This document shows positions 19,762 to 30,012 of a DNA stretch of 64,000 nucleotides, in pieces. The number at the start of each line of letters is the position of its first letter. Position 1 is the stretch's first letter. Made by a program: the position numbers and the translations under genes. The notes under the pieces are model-generated. The model was not told where the DNA came from and ran no database searches. It saw only the letters and a program-made list of their open reading frames with translations. This DNA is from an uncultured Candidatus Saccharibacteria bacterium. GTDB taxonomy: Bacteria > Patescibacteriota > Minisyncoccia > Phycocordibacterales > JACOZG01. Location: the NCBI GenBank assembly GCA_964591715.1, contig CAZQDR010000003.1, positions 269 to 64,268 on the forward strand, read 5' to 3'.

Positions 19762-20812
19762 CAATTTTCCGGAAGAGATACTTACTCTTCTCAAAGTCGG
19801 TCACCGCCTCCATTAATACCGCAGCAAGCGGCACCGCCAAAATTAAACCCAAAAATCCGGCCAGCTGGGCTCCCACCAACAGCGAGAGAATAACCAAGAG
19901 CGGCGGTACACCAACAATCTTCTTTACTACCAGCGGATAAATTAAATGATTCTCAAACTGCTGCATAATAATGTAAAGACCGATCGTCATTAAACCTAAG
20001 GTCACACTATCAGAGAAGCCTAACAACACCGCTGGAACGGCTGACAAGATTGGCCCGAAAAATGGGATCAACTCAAACAGAGCAGCCAAGATGGCGAGCA
20101 CTAGCGCATACTTAACTTGCAAAATAGTTAGGCCCAAGAAAACCAAGATGCCAATAATCAGTCCGAGCAGTAGTTGGCCCTGCATCCAATAGCCAATCTT
20201 TTGCTGGGATCGACGCCATAGACCCAAAACATATTTCTCGCGATCTAGTGGCGTAACCACGCGCAAGAAGTTCTCAATCCCATTTTGCTGGACGGAAAGA
20301 TAGAAGGAAATGACGATAATCAAAATAAATTTAAAGAAACCGCCAAAGACTAGGCTGGTGGTCTGGACAAAACCACTAGGAAGTTCGCCCAGATTAGCCT
20401 GCAGACTCAGGAAAACGTCGTGGATAGAGAAGGATTCGCCCAAAGTACCCGTCCACGAACCGAAGGAAGAGTTGCTAAGTAAGGCTGGGATTGTGCCGAT
20501 CTTATCGGCCACGGTGGTCGACAGTTCCGACAAGTCTCCAAGAATAGGGAAAACAAAGAGCGGCACTAACACTAAAATTAAACCAAAAAAGATAATGTAC
20601 ATTAGCAAGACAGCTGGTACGCGTGGAATCCGATAACGAGCCAGGCGTCGGGTAATGGGCTCAACAGCAGAAGCGATCACCACCGAAACGAGCACCACCA
20701 TTACCAGATCCCTAAGCAAATAAAGCACAATCAAGAAAAGCACCAGCCCAACCGCCTTTAAAATCGTGCCGAAGCTGATGCTAACGTAAACCTTTTCGGG
20801 TGAGGTGGCCAT
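19751..20812 (-). CDS. AI-2E family transporter (UPF0118/PerM-like)
   Basis: 353 aa, 8 TM, family-typical topology. Confidence 0.75.
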   Translation of the reverse strand: MATSPEKVYVSISFGTILKAVGLVLFLIVLYLLRDLVMVVLVSVVIASAVEPITRRLARYRIPRVPAVLLMYIIFFGLILVLVPLFVFPILGDLSELSTTVADKIGTIPALLSNSSFGSWTGTLGESFSIHDVFLSLQANLGELPSGFVQTTSLVFGGFFKFILIIVISFYLSVQQNGIENFLRVVTPLDREKYVLGLWRRSQQKIGYWMQGQLLLGLIIGILVFLGLTILQVKYALVLAILAALFELIPFFGPILSAVPAVLLGFSDSVTLGLMTIGLYIIMQQFENHLIYPLVVKKIVGVPPLLVILSLLVGAQLAGFLGLILAVPLAAVLMEAVTDFEKSKYLFRKIDAE

Positions 20813-20828
20813 AGATAGCTATAGTCTA

Positions 20829-22112
20829 CTATAGTCGCAGAAGCGACTCAAACCTCGCCCCCTCCCGCTCAGGGCCAATCAAAGCCAGATTAAGTGCCTC
20901 GGTTTTGAAGATTCGGCGAGCCACTGCCTTGATCTCCTTGGCAGTCACCGCCCGAATTTTTTTGGCGATCAGCTCTGGGGATTCTAGTTTACCCTTTATA
21001 ATTTCCTCGGTGCCAAAAAAGCCGGCTAAACTTGAGGAGCGCTCGAGCCCCAAAAACAGGGAGCCGATCATCGACTCTTTGACCCGCTCCAGTTCAACGG
21101 CTGGGACCAAAGTCTCGGTTAGCTTGCGGCATTCAGCTAAAATAGCGGTAATAATTTCGTCAACCCGCTTGGTGTCTGAACCCACCGCAATCTCTAAAAC
21201 CCCGTGATCGGTATAGGTATCATTTTCGGCTCGGACATAATAGGCGGCGCCCAATTCCTCTCTAATTTTGAGAAACAAGCGCGAGCTCATTCCCCCACCA
21301 AGCACTGCCGCTAAAACATCGGCCGCGTCCGACTCGGGGGCGGTTGCGGAGAAGGTTCGCACCCCTAAAATCAAATGGGTTTGATCAGATTTTTTGTATT
21401 CTACTCGGTACTCAGGCTTGGTCTGCTTTTCGATCACGGCTGGTTTAGATAAATTAGGCCCAGACGGGATGGTCTTAAACTGCTTGGTGATCTTTTTAAT
21501 CATCGCCGCTTCGTTAAACTTACCCGAGACCACCACCACGGTGGCAGGAGCAACATAGTGGTTAGCCTGGTAACGCAAAAAATCCGCTCGAGTAAAACTT
21601 TTGACAGTCTCCTTGGTGCCCAAAATTGATCGCCCTGCTGGCTGATCACCGTAAAGTAGCGCGAGGAAAAGTTGGGCCACTCGATCGCGTGGCATATCCT
21701 CATACATATTTATTTCTTCCACGATCACCCCAGATTCCTTTTTTATTTCCACTTCGGGAAAAGTGGAGTTCAAATACATGTCGGCAATAATATCTAGCGC
21801 CCGATCCACCAGCTTGGGCTGAACCGTGGCGTAGTAGCCAGTGTACTCCTGCGAGGTAAAGGCATTGTAATTGGCACCTAAACCATCAAGCTCGGTCGAA
21901 ATGTCGGCCGCCCGGGGTCGGCGTTTGGTCCCTTTAAAAAACATATGCTCTAAAAAGTGCGACAAGCCGCCCTCGGCCTTGGACTCGTACTTGGAACCAG
22001 TCTCGGCTAAAACTAGAACATTAGTGGCCAGCGCCTCTGGCCGGGGAATCGTAATAATACGCAAGCCATTCGGCAACACCCTTTTATTAAAATTGGTCTT
22101 AGATTTTGGCAT
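20829..22112 (-). CDS. M16-family zinc peptidase (insulinase-like)
   Basis: 427 aa; HFLEHMFFKGT inverted zinc motif HxxEH. Confidence 0.85.
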   Translation of the reverse strand: MPKSKTNFNKRVLPNGLRIITIPRPEALATNVLVLAETGSKYESKAEGGLSHFLEHMFFKGTKRRPRAADISTELDGLGANYNAFTSQEYTGYYATVQPKLVDRALDIIADMYLNSTFPEVEIKKESGVIVEEINMYEDMPRDRVAQLFLALLYGDQPAGRSILGTKETVKSFTRADFLRYQANHYVAPATVVVVSGKFNEAAMIKKITKQFKTIPSGPNLSKPAVIEKQTKPEYRVEYKKSDQTHLILGVRTFSATAPESDAADVLAAVLGGGMSSRLFLKIREELGAAYYVRAENDTYTDHGVLEIAVGSDTKRVDEIITAILAECRKLTETLVPAVELERVKESMIGSLFLGLERSSSLAGFFGTEEIIKGKLESPELIAKKIRAVTAKEIKAVARRIFKTEALNLALIGPEREGARFESLLRL

Positions 22113-22149
22113 GCGCCTAGACTACCATACTTATTAAATTTTAGACAAA

Positions 22150-22412
22150 AAAAATAGCCCCGTCATTCTTCTGAAGAATGTGTGGTCGGAGCTGGTGTCG
22201 CGCAACATGGTTGCGAAGAAGGTCTTAGTGCCTGTTGGCTAGCCCTCATTTAACGTATCTGCGTCGTGGCCTGCGGTGGTGATACGTGACTCTTACGTAA
22301 CCGCAGGGGTACTACTACAAACCCTTATTTACGCCTCTGCCGTCTAGGACCACTGGGCTTTGGCGGGTCTGCCAGCGCCAGCACTTGATGTGCTTCGGCT
22401 GGACATGTCTGA
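22150..22412 (-). ncRNA. candidate structured ncRNA of unknown class (~265 nt), bounded by promoter and terminator
   Basis: no ORF >=60 aa; minus-strand TTGACA-16-TATACT at 22417-22444; 3' hairpin cattcttc/gaagaatg + U8 at 22141-22175; several internal stems (e.g. CUGCGGU...ACCGCAG). Confidence 0.45.
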
Positions 22413-22416
22413 TGGC

Positions 22417-22444
22417 AGTATAGCATAGCCACAATTCTTGTCAA
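22417..22444 (-). promoter_or_regulatory. consensus sigma70 promoter TTGACA-16-TATACT
   Basis: seen directly. Confidence 0.55.
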
Positions 22445-22477
22445 GTATTTTCAGGATTGTTAATGACGACACAAGAA

Positions 22478-22500
22478 AAACGGCTCTGCTGGGCCGTTTT
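22478..22500 (-). terminator. terminator of glyQS (acggc-loop-gccgt + T5)
   Basis: hairpin flanked by A5/T5. Confidence 0.6.
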
Positions 22501-22518
22501 TGGAAGGGTGATTTTTAA

Positions 22519-23832
22519 TTAGGCTAGCTTAGCCGCTAGTTCAGAGATTTTGACCCGGGTTTGCTCACCAGTATCGCGATCGCGGAGCGTGACCGTGTTT
22601 AAGAGGTCAGGGTTTTCACCGAGAGTATCGAAGTCGATGGTCACGCAGTAAGGCGTCCCAATCTCATCCTGGCGGCGATAGCGCTTACCAATATTGCCAT
22701 TATCATCAAAAATAGCTACTAGCGAAGAGCTTTCAGCTTTTAGCTTTAAATACACCTCGCGGGCTTTAGCCACCAACTCCGGTTTGTTTTTTAAGAGCGG
22801 GAAGACGGCCACTTTAATAGGAGCAATATTTTTACTTAATTTAAGATAGACCCGCTTTTCGCCACCCAGTTCGTCCTCGCGATAGGCATCCACCAGTACC
22901 GCCAAGAAGGTTCGATCCACTCCGAGCGATGGCTCAATAACATGGGGCATAAAACGTTCACCGCTAGCCTCATCAAAGTAGGACAAATCAACCCCACTAT
23001 ACTCCTGGTGCTTCGACAAATCATAGTCGGTCCGATAAGCCAAACCATAGAGCTCTTTGCGACCAAAACGAAAATCAAATTCACAATCACTCGTTCGCTT
23101 GGAGTAATGCGCCCGCTCCCCGTCCTCAACTTCAAGTTCATGAACCGAGTCGCGATCCAAACCAATTAGATCGATCCACTGCCACATTAAGTTCCGCCAC
23201 AGTTCAAAATTATTCTGCCAATCAGCCTCGCGAGTAAAATATTCTACCTCCATCTGCTCCAGCTCCCGCACGCGGAAGATAAAATCCCGCGGCGTAATCT
23301 CGTTGCGGAAAGCTTTGCCGATTTGAGCGATACCGAAAGGTAATTTAGGATGAAACGAATCCACCACATTTTTAAAATTCACGAAAATTCCCTGCGCTGT
23401 TTCTGGTCGCAAGTAGGCGGTAGCCGCGGAATCATCCATCGCTCCCACCTTAGTCGAAAACATCATATTAAACTGACGGGCCTCGCCTAGTGCGCCGCCA
23501 CAGTCCGGACACTTATCACTCTCTAGTTGATCGGCGCGGAAGCGACGCTTGCACGTGGTACACTCCACCAATGGATCGGCAAACCCGGCCACGTGTCCCG
23601 AGGCCTCCCAAACTTTAGCGTTCATGAGCAGGGCCGCATCCAAGCCAAACATCTCCTCGCGGTCGGTCACAAAGAGCTTCCACCAGGCATTTTTAATATT
23701 ATTCTTTAGCGCGACGCCCAAAGGACCGTAATCCCAAGTACCGGCTAAACCACCATAAATTTCCGAGCCTTGATAGACAAAGCCGCGGCGCTTGGCTAGG
23801 CTCGAGATCTTCTCCATTAGTTCAGGGTTCAT
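22519..23832 (-). CDS. glyQS: glycyl-tRNA synthetase (alpha2 dimeric type)
   Basis: 437 aa; RRGF.YQGSEIYGGL..WDYGPLG class II GlyRS N-terminus. Confidence 0.9.
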   Translation of the reverse strand: MNPELMEKISSLAKRRGFVYQGSEIYGGLAGTWDYGPLGVALKNNIKNAWWKLFVTDREEMFGLDAALLMNAKVWEASGHVAGFADPLVECTTCKRRFRADQLESDKCPDCGGALGEARQFNMMFSTKVGAMDDSAATAYLRPETAQGIFVNFKNVVDSFHPKLPFGIAQIGKAFRNEITPRDFIFRVRELEQMEVEYFTREADWQNNFELWRNLMWQWIDLIGLDRDSVHELEVEDGERAHYSKRTSDCEFDFRFGRKELYGLAYRTDYDLSKHQEYSGVDLSYFDEASGERFMPHVIEPSLGVDRTFLAVLVDAYREDELGGEKRVYLKLSKNIAPIKVAVFPLLKNKPELVAKAREVYLKLKAESSSLVAIFDDNGNIGKRYRRQDEIGTPYCVTIDFDTLGENPDLLNTVTLRDRDTGEQTRVKISELAAKLA

Positions 23833-23843
23833 GACTGTATATA

Positions 23844-25769
23844 TTACTTAACTACCTTCTCTTGTCCAAGTTGGAACTGGGGATCCGTATTTAAATTGGT
23901 GTCCAGGGGTCGTTTAAAGGTGGTCTCCAACGTCTGGCCCGTGGAACCATCAATGGCCGTAAAGGTCGGTTCGCTGACCAAATTAGGGATAGTGCCCACC
24001 TGGCTTAAGCTGGGCTTAAGCGCCACCTGGAAGGAAACCTGCCGCGGTGCTGTCCCAAAGCCCGTAGCGGCGCTAATCGTGCCCAGCGACCAGACTACCT
24101 GACCACCACCACCGGAAGCGGGCGTAAAAGTCAGGTTCTCATTGGCTGGGCTTTGACTGTTGGTCCAGGCCACATAAGAAGGCAAAACAGCAGTAACAAA
24201 CGCTTCGCTCAAATTATTGGAGGAGTTAAGTAGCGACCAGGTAATTGTATAAGTCGTTTCTTGATCAACCTTGGGTGGGAGCGGTCCACGATTGAGGAGT
24301 GGGCCGCTGGCATAATTAGCCTTAGCCGCCAACTGGACAACCGAATTTAGTTTAAGACTGCGCGTCAGCTTGGTCTCCACTAGCTCGGTACCACCACCAT
24401 CGGCCACGCGCTTGCCCCGCAAAGTAATCACTAAATCAATCTGGGGATTTTTAATTTGATAATTATTGGCGCTTACTAGTGAGACTGGTGAGAAAGTAAA
24501 GTCAGCCGAGCCTTCACTGCTGGGTGCCAAGGAACCTAGACCACTGTAATTCGAGCGATTCCAGCGAATTAGATTAGCCGCCGAGTCATAAAAGCCCCGA
24601 GGCGCCAGCACACTCGACTTATCCAAGGCGTCGCCCTTAAACTCAACCGTAATTTCCGTATCTGTTACCGGCGTCGCTAAATTATTGCGCCAGTCAATTT
24701 TACCCTGAACTGTTTGGCGACTCTCACCAACCGACACATTCTCACTGGAGTTGTTAATGAGAGCCCCCAAACCAACCGAGGCGCGCTCGATCGTAAGCTG
24801 CTTGGTAATGGCGCCAAAACTAACAGCAATTGCGGTGTCGGTAATCGTGCGACCACTACCAACTTCAATCCTAAAAGCTTTATCCTCAGCATCTTGACCA
24901 GTAATCACACCCTTAACGGTATAGGTAACTTTGTCTCCCGGCTTAAGCGGATCCAGCAGCCAAACATTGCGACCATAAGTGGGTGACAGGCTAGCACTGC
25001 GAAACTCGAAGCCGCTCGGATAGTTCATGACCACTAGCGGCGCCGAGATTGTTGAAGCGGCATTAGAGACGATTGTCACTTTGGCTGTCACCTCTTGATT
25101 GGCATTAACCGTCTCGGGTAAATCAAGCGTCACATCAATCGGCGAAGAACTAATTGATAAATCTAAAGTCTGACTGGTATGGAAAGTCGCGTTCGAATTT
25201 ACTAGTCGGTACTGCGCGGTAACTTTAATTGGTAGGTCGGCATCTTTTTGGCCAAACAAAACTGGTCGCAAGGTGCGCCGAACCACCTCGCCTGATGCGA
25301 TCTTGCCGATCGACTGTTTATCGTAAGTTAGCTCTCTGGTACTAGTGGCCGCGCTTTTGGTGCCGGCTGGATATTCTGCAATTAAATCTACCAACTCCAT
25401 CGCTACGGCGTTTTTGTTGGTGATAGTTACCTCAATGGCCGCCGCTTGGCCAGAGCGCACCGACAACGGCCCCGTCATGTCTACCACCACATTACCACTC
25501 GAGACAACATTCTCCCCGCGCAAGAAAACAAAAAGAGTAACACCAATCATTAGCACAAAAAAGACCGCCGCAACGAGCAGTAACTTTTTTAACCATTTAG
25601 GACTAAGGTACTTTGATGTGGCCATGTTGTTATTGGGGGCGGACCAGTCGCGAGGCAAAGTGGGCTCGCGCTCCTCTAGCGGCGAACGCCGAACTGGCGG
25701 AGCCTCATTAGTGCGACCGTGCAACTTGCGCTTTAAACGTTCAATGCTATCTTCTCCGGGATCAACCAT
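23844..25769 (-). CDS. large membrane-anchored cell-surface protein with beta-sandwich repeats
   Basis: ORF to 25895; probable start MVDPG (25769); single TM then ~560 aa extracellular region. Confidence 0.55.
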   Translation of the reverse strand: MVDPGEDSIERLKRKLHGRTNEAPPVRRSPLEEREPTLPRDWSAPNNNMATSKYLSPKWLKKLLLVAAVFFVLMIGVTLFVFLRGENVVSSGNVVVDMTGPLSVRSGQAAAIEVTITNKNAVAMELVDLIAEYPAGTKSAATSTRELTYDKQSIGKIASGEVVRRTLRPVLFGQKDADLPIKVTAQYRLVNSNATFHTSQTLDLSISSSPIDVTLDLPETVNANQEVTAKVTIVSNAASTISAPLVVMNYPSGFEFRSASLSPTYGRNVWLLDPLKPGDKVTYTVKGVITGQDAEDKAFRIEVGSGRTITDTAIAVSFGAITKQLTIERASVGLGALINNSSENVSVGESRQTVQGKIDWRNNLATPVTDTEITVEFKGDALDKSSVLAPRGFYDSAANLIRWNRSNYSGLGSLAPSSEGSADFTFSPVSLVSANNYQIKNPQIDLVITLRGKRVADGGGTELVETKLTRSLKLNSVVQLAAKANYASGPLLNRGPLPPKVDQETTYTITWSLLNSSNNLSEAFVTAVLPSYVAWTNSQSPANENLTFTPASGGGGQVVWSLGTISAATGFGTAPRQVSFQVALKPSLSQVGTIPNLVSEPTFTAIDGSTGQTLETTFKRPLDTNLNTDPQFQLGQEKVVK

Positions 25770-25791
25770 GATATGCAGTATACCACAAGCT

Positions 25792-26376
25792 TTAGAGGTG
25801 ACTGTGGTGTAAGGCTTGATTAATAATTTCGAGCGCCAGCTGCTGGCGCTCGGCCGACAACTCGAGCGGCGCCATGTCCCAGTCGTTGAAAGCAAAAATG
25901 ACCTCGAGCTCCGGGCGCTCCTCTACATAACCCAAACGGCGCAAAAGCCGCGCCACCCAAATTAGCTCAAAATTGACTAGCTCCGCTTCGGTCAAAAAAG
26001 GTCGTTCCAAAAAATGGGCTCCGCTTTTAAACTCCTCAAAAAAATCGGGCTGGGCCACTTCACCGGTTACTAAGCGCAAAATCAGTTGGGCAACCCGGGC
26101 CAGGAGCTGCAGGCGCACCGCTTCGCGGTGCGCCGCCAATTCCCCCGCCTCAACATGCACCACGCGCCAGACCTCCCGGCCTCGCACCAACGAGACCTCC
26201 GGCCAACTAAATAATTGCAGATTATAACGGAGCTTAGACTTTAATTCCCGCAAACCTTGGGCGGTAGCGTTAACCAAACCGTGATCACGCGTATACAAAG
26301 TCAGCGTCCGGGTTGCTTCGCTCGCCTCTCGGACACCCAACACGACCGCTGGCGTGGTGTAAATTTGATGCGACAT
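25792..26376 (-). CDS. recO: DNA repair protein RecO
   Basis: 194 aa; N-terminal OB fold pattern typical of RecO. Confidence 0.6.
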   Translation of the reverse strand: MSHQIYTTPAVVLGVREASEATRTLTLYTRDHGLVNATAQGLRELKSKLRYNLQLFSWPEVSLVRGREVWRVVHVEAGELAAHREAVRLQLLARVAQLILRLVTGEVAQPDFFEEFKSGAHFLERPFLTEAELVNFELIWVARLLRRLGYVEERPELEVIFAFNDWDMAPLELSAERQQLALEIINQALHHSHL

Positions 26377-29300
26377 TATTCGTAACGAAAAGCGCTCGCG
26401 CAGGTCGCGACTTTTATTTCGTGCTCATACTTCTCGGCCAAGCTCTGTTTGGCAATCGGTATAACCACTTCCGCTTGTTCTCCTGCCTTCAAGCCGCTTT
26501 CTTTACGCCAATCCTGAATTTCGCGAATCAAATCGCGCAGTTCCCCCTCCTCCTTAAGTTCAGGAGTGATAGTCAAATCAAGTTCTACCACTGCCGACAA
26601 GTTAGGATCAAAGATTACCGCTTTAACATTTACTTCGTCTTGGATAAGTTGAGCCAGTTCAGCGGAGAGCGGAGCACTTTTGGCTTTAAGTTCTTTTAGT
26701 GGTTGGCGAACTTTAATCGCGGCTTTGGCTCGCGCCTCTAAGCCACCCGAGACGAGCTGGCGCACGAGTTGCATCGCGGTAATAATTTCTTCGTCGCTCT
26801 TGTCGGCCTCGGGCCAATGCTCTAAGTGCACGCTCTCCGCGCCACCTTTCAATTTCAAATAAATTTCCTCAGCAACAAAGGGCGTAAATGGGGCCATCAA
26901 GCACGACAACACCAACAGCGTCCGGCGGAGCGTATCCATCACTGCCTGCGCCTCAGCGGGATCAGTGGGCTTAAAGCGATCGCGCGACCGGCGTAAATAC
27001 CAAGTTGATAAATCGTCCACAAATTCGTCGATGGGCCGCAAAGCCCGATCAAGCTCATAAGACTCCATCGCCGCTGTTACTAATCCAATCACTTCGTTAA
27101 GCCGGTCGTTAATCCAACGATCTAAAATATGAGTACTAGCGGCATCGCTCGGAACGTGGGCGCCGGCGTACAGTTCATAAAACGCCACCACGTTCCGCAG
27201 ACGGCCCAGCACCCGATTACTGGTCTCGCGCAAACCACGCTCCGAAAAATTAAATTCTTCAGCATGTACCGCTGGTGATGAGAGCAAGTAAAAACGCAAC
27301 GCGTCCGCGCCAAAAGTATCAATCGTGGGTTCCAGATCGGGATAATTTTTTAGACGCTTAGACATCTTTTGGCCATCCTCGGCTAAAATCAAACCATTCA
27401 CTACGACACGCTTAAAGGGGGGGCGATTAAAAAGTCCCAGCGAGAGCACCAGCAAAACATAAAACCAGCCGCGAGTTTGATCCAAACCTTCGGCAATAAA
27501 GTCCGCGGGAAAATGCTTTTCAAACTCTTCCTTGTTGGCAAACGGATAATGTAACTGGCCGTAAGGCATGGAACCGGACTCAAACCACACATCAAAAACA
27601 TCGGGTACGCGCGCCATCTCGGCACCACACTCGCAACGGAGTTTAACCTCATCAATATACGGCCGGTGAAAGTCGAGCTCGTAGGCTTGATTGTGCGGGA
27701 GAGCGACAAAGGGCAGTGGTCGCGATTCGGCGGTTTTTAAAAAGTAACGATCCTCACTCTGCGCGGCTTCGGCCTCGTGATCATTAAAGCCTTGGGCTCC
27801 CACCATCAATAACCAGCCCACCGCTTCGTGAGTGATCAGTAAAATATTTTTACCCGCATAACGAGCGTCAATCTCATACAGCGACTGGAGCGCCCGCGCC
27901 TTCACCTCATGAAAGTTTTCCCCCGCTGGTGGCGCCTTAGTAAAGCGCTCGGCTCGACCACTGAAAAAAGCGTGGAACTTAGCCACCGACCCCCCCTCCA
28001 ATTCGCCAAAGCCCACCTCGCGCAGGCGCTCATCCAAAACCACTTGATCGGCCGGTACTCCTAAAGCCTCCGCCATGAGCGCCGCCGTCTCTCGTGTTCG
28101 CAAAACTGGCGAAGTAATGATCAGATCAATTTTTTCCTTAGCCAAAGTTTTACCGGTGGCTTCTACTTGCTCACGGCCATTTTCCGTTAAATGATTGTCG
28201 CCATCGAGCGCCGAGGTAACAATGCTTTGTACGTTCGACTGGGCCTCGCCGTGACGCATGACCCAATAATTATTTTTTGGCTGCCGCTTAGCAGTGAGCT
28301 CCTCGAGTGAGCCAATCACTTCAATTTTTTTGCAGCTTTCGCAACGCCAGACCGGTAGCGGCGCCCCCCAGTAACGCGAACGCGATACTGCCCAATCGCG
28401 CGCCCCCTCCAGCCATTTACCAAAGCGACCGTCTTTAATATATTCCGGCACCCAAGTTACGCCCTCGTTTGCCTTCAAGAGTGCCTCCTTCATCGTACTT
28501 ACAGCAATAAACCAGGATGATGACGCGTAGTTTAAGAGAGGTGTATCGCAACGCCAACAATGAGGGTAGGGGTGAGTAATTTTTTCCTTCGCAAAAAAGG
28601 TGCCATGCTCCTGCAAATATTTTAAGACTGCAATGTCAGCCGAGAGACGCTCCTTCTCATCTTCACTCTTGGGTTTAACTGGCAGACCGGCAAAATCTTT
28701 GACCGCCGCTTTAAAGTGACCGCTAGTATCAACGTGCTGGATAAAAGGTAAATTTTTAGCCTGACCCAACTTTAAGTCGTCCTCGCCGAATGCCGGTGCA
28801 ATATGGACAATGCCGGTACCATCCTCGGTTGTCACAAAATCCGCGCCGTAAACCTGCCAACCGTTCTCCTTATTTTTCAGCGTCGTATCATTCTGATAAT
28901 AATCAAAAACTGGTTGATACTTTTTACCCACCAATTTTTGTCCGGTAAATGTTTCTTCAATGGTAAAATTATCGGTTAAAACTTTTGTGGCCAGCGCCTC
29001 CGCCACAATCAACTTAATTCCGCCCTTTTCGACTCGAACATAGTTCAGTTCGGGATTAACCGCCAGCGCCACATTACCTGGCAGCGTCCAAGGTGTCGTG
29101 GTCCAGGCCAACAAGTAAGTCCCCGGCTCATCAACCAGTTCAAATTTTACCGTCACCGACAAATCCGTGACATCTTTGTAACCCTGATTAACCTCAAAGT
29201 TAGCCAGCGTTGTCTCACAGCGCGGGCACAAATGCATAGACTTGTAACCTTCGTAGGCCAAGCCCTTGTCGTAGAGTTGTTTAAAAATCCACCACACCGT

Positions 29301-29771
29301 CTCGGTGTAACTGGAGTCCATCGTTTTATAATCGTTCTCCATGTCCACAAAACGGCCAATGCGGGGAATAATCCTTTTCCACTCGTCAGCATAACGGAGC
29401 ACGCTCTCTCGTGCCTTTTGGTTAAAGACGTCAATCCCCAACGCTTCAATATCCTTTTTGGTTTTTAGACCCAACTCTTTCTCGATCAGGTTCTCGATCG
29501 GCAAGCCGTGACAATCCCAACCCCAGCGACGCGCCACTCTAAAGCCGCGCATGGTTTGATAGCGTGGAATAGCGTCTTTAATCGAGGTCGGCAGCAAGTG
29601 ACCAAAGTGAGGCAAACCGGTCGCAAAGGGCGGCCCATCATAAAAAACGTACTCGCCTTTGGGCGCATCTTTAGCCAGGGACTTGGCGAAAATTTGGTGA
29701 TCTTGCCAGAACTTAAGGATCTCTTCCTCGCGTTTGGCAACATCGGATTTTTGGGGCAGAGCTTCGGCCAT
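26376..29771 (-). CDS. ileS: isoleucyl-tRNA synthetase carrying an inserted histidine-phosphatase (PGM-family) domain
   Basis: 1131 aa; HIGH (PHFGHLL), WDCHGLP, GWFY, KMSKR; insertion aa ~500-700 with RHGEAQSN ... TSPVLRTRETA ... LITHEAVGW motifs. Confidence 0.9.
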   Translation of the reverse strand: MAEALPQKSDVAKREEEILKFWQDHQIFAKSLAKDAPKGEYVFYDGPPFATGLPHFGHLLPTSIKDAIPRYQTMRGFRVARRWGWDCHGLPIENLIEKELGLKTKKDIEALGIDVFNQKARESVLRYADEWKRIIPRIGRFVDMENDYKTMDSSYTETVWWIFKQLYDKGLAYEGYKSMHLCPRCETTLANFEVNQGYKDVTDLSVTVKFELVDEPGTYLLAWTTTPWTLPGNVALAVNPELNYVRVEKGGIKLIVAEALATKVLTDNFTIEETFTGQKLVGKKYQPVFDYYQNDTTLKNKENGWQVYGADFVTTEDGTGIVHIAPAFGEDDLKLGQAKNLPFIQHVDTSGHFKAAVKDFAGLPVKPKSEDEKERLSADIAVLKYLQEHGTFFAKEKITHPYPHCWRCDTPLLNYASSSWFIAVSTMKEALLKANEGVTWVPEYIKDGRFGKWLEGARDWAVSRSRYWGAPLPVWRCESCKKIEVIGSLEELTAKRQPKNNYWVMRHGEAQSNVQSIVTSALDGDNHLTENGREQVEATGKTLAKEKIDLIITSPVLRTRETAALMAEALGVPADQVVLDERLREVGFGELEGGSVAKFHAFFSGRAERFTKAPPAGENFHEVKARALQSLYEIDARYAGKNILLITHEAVGWLLMVGAQGFNDHEAEAAQSEDRYFLKTAESRPLPFVALPHNQAYELDFHRPYIDEVKLRCECGAEMARVPDVFDVWFESGSMPYGQLHYPFANKEEFEKHFPADFIAEGLDQTRGWFYVLLVLSLGLFNRPPFKRVVVNGLILAEDGQKMSKRLKNYPDLEPTIDTFGADALRFYLLSSPAVHAEEFNFSERGLRETSNRVLGRLRNVVAFYELYAGAHVPSDAASTHILDRWINDRLNEVIGLVTAAMESYELDRALRPIDEFVDDLSTWYLRRSRDRFKPTDPAEAQAVMDTLRRTLLVLSCLMAPFTPFVAEEIYLKLKGGAESVHLEHWPEADKSDEEIITAMQLVRQLVSGGLEARAKAAIKVRQPLKELKAKSAPLSAELAQLIQDEVNVKAVIFDPNLSAVVELDLTITPELKEEGELRDLIREIQDWRKESGLKAGEQAEVVIPIAKQSLAEKYEHEIKVATCASAFRYE

Positions 29772-29782
29772 ATAGCGTTTAT

Positions 29783-29815
29783 CCTAGCATTTTTCGGCCA
29801 AGAAAAAAGCCCGCG
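29783..29815 (-). repeat. conserved ~33 nt leader element (copy 1, upstream of ileS) shared with argS leader
   Basis: atcctagcatttttcggMcaagaaaaaagccc identical except 1 nt to 31621-31654; followed by GC hairpin 29805-29827. Confidence 0.7.
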
Positions 29816-30012
29816 AGATGCGGGCGAAGGGTCAGGGGCTCGAAGGCGGTGTCTTGTCGCCACAAAGGCTAAAGATTATCGCCAAGATCCCCAACAGGAA
29901 GACAGTGAGCAACCAGGCTCCGGGAGAGTGAGCGAACTCTTCAAGCGTCACAGCGTCCACGGCGAATCCTTTCGCACTTAAAACTAATTGAGCGGCGGCC
30001 GATTTAGTTATA

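Noticed and set aside
22141-22444. Identification of the ncRNA candidate as tmRNA, RNase P RNA, SRP RNA or a small-peptide mRNA
   Set aside because: No tRNA-like T-loop/acceptor is present and no P4 (AGGAAAGUCCGG) or SRP domain IV motifs. Internal AUG frames of 20-30 aa lack an SD. The class is left open.
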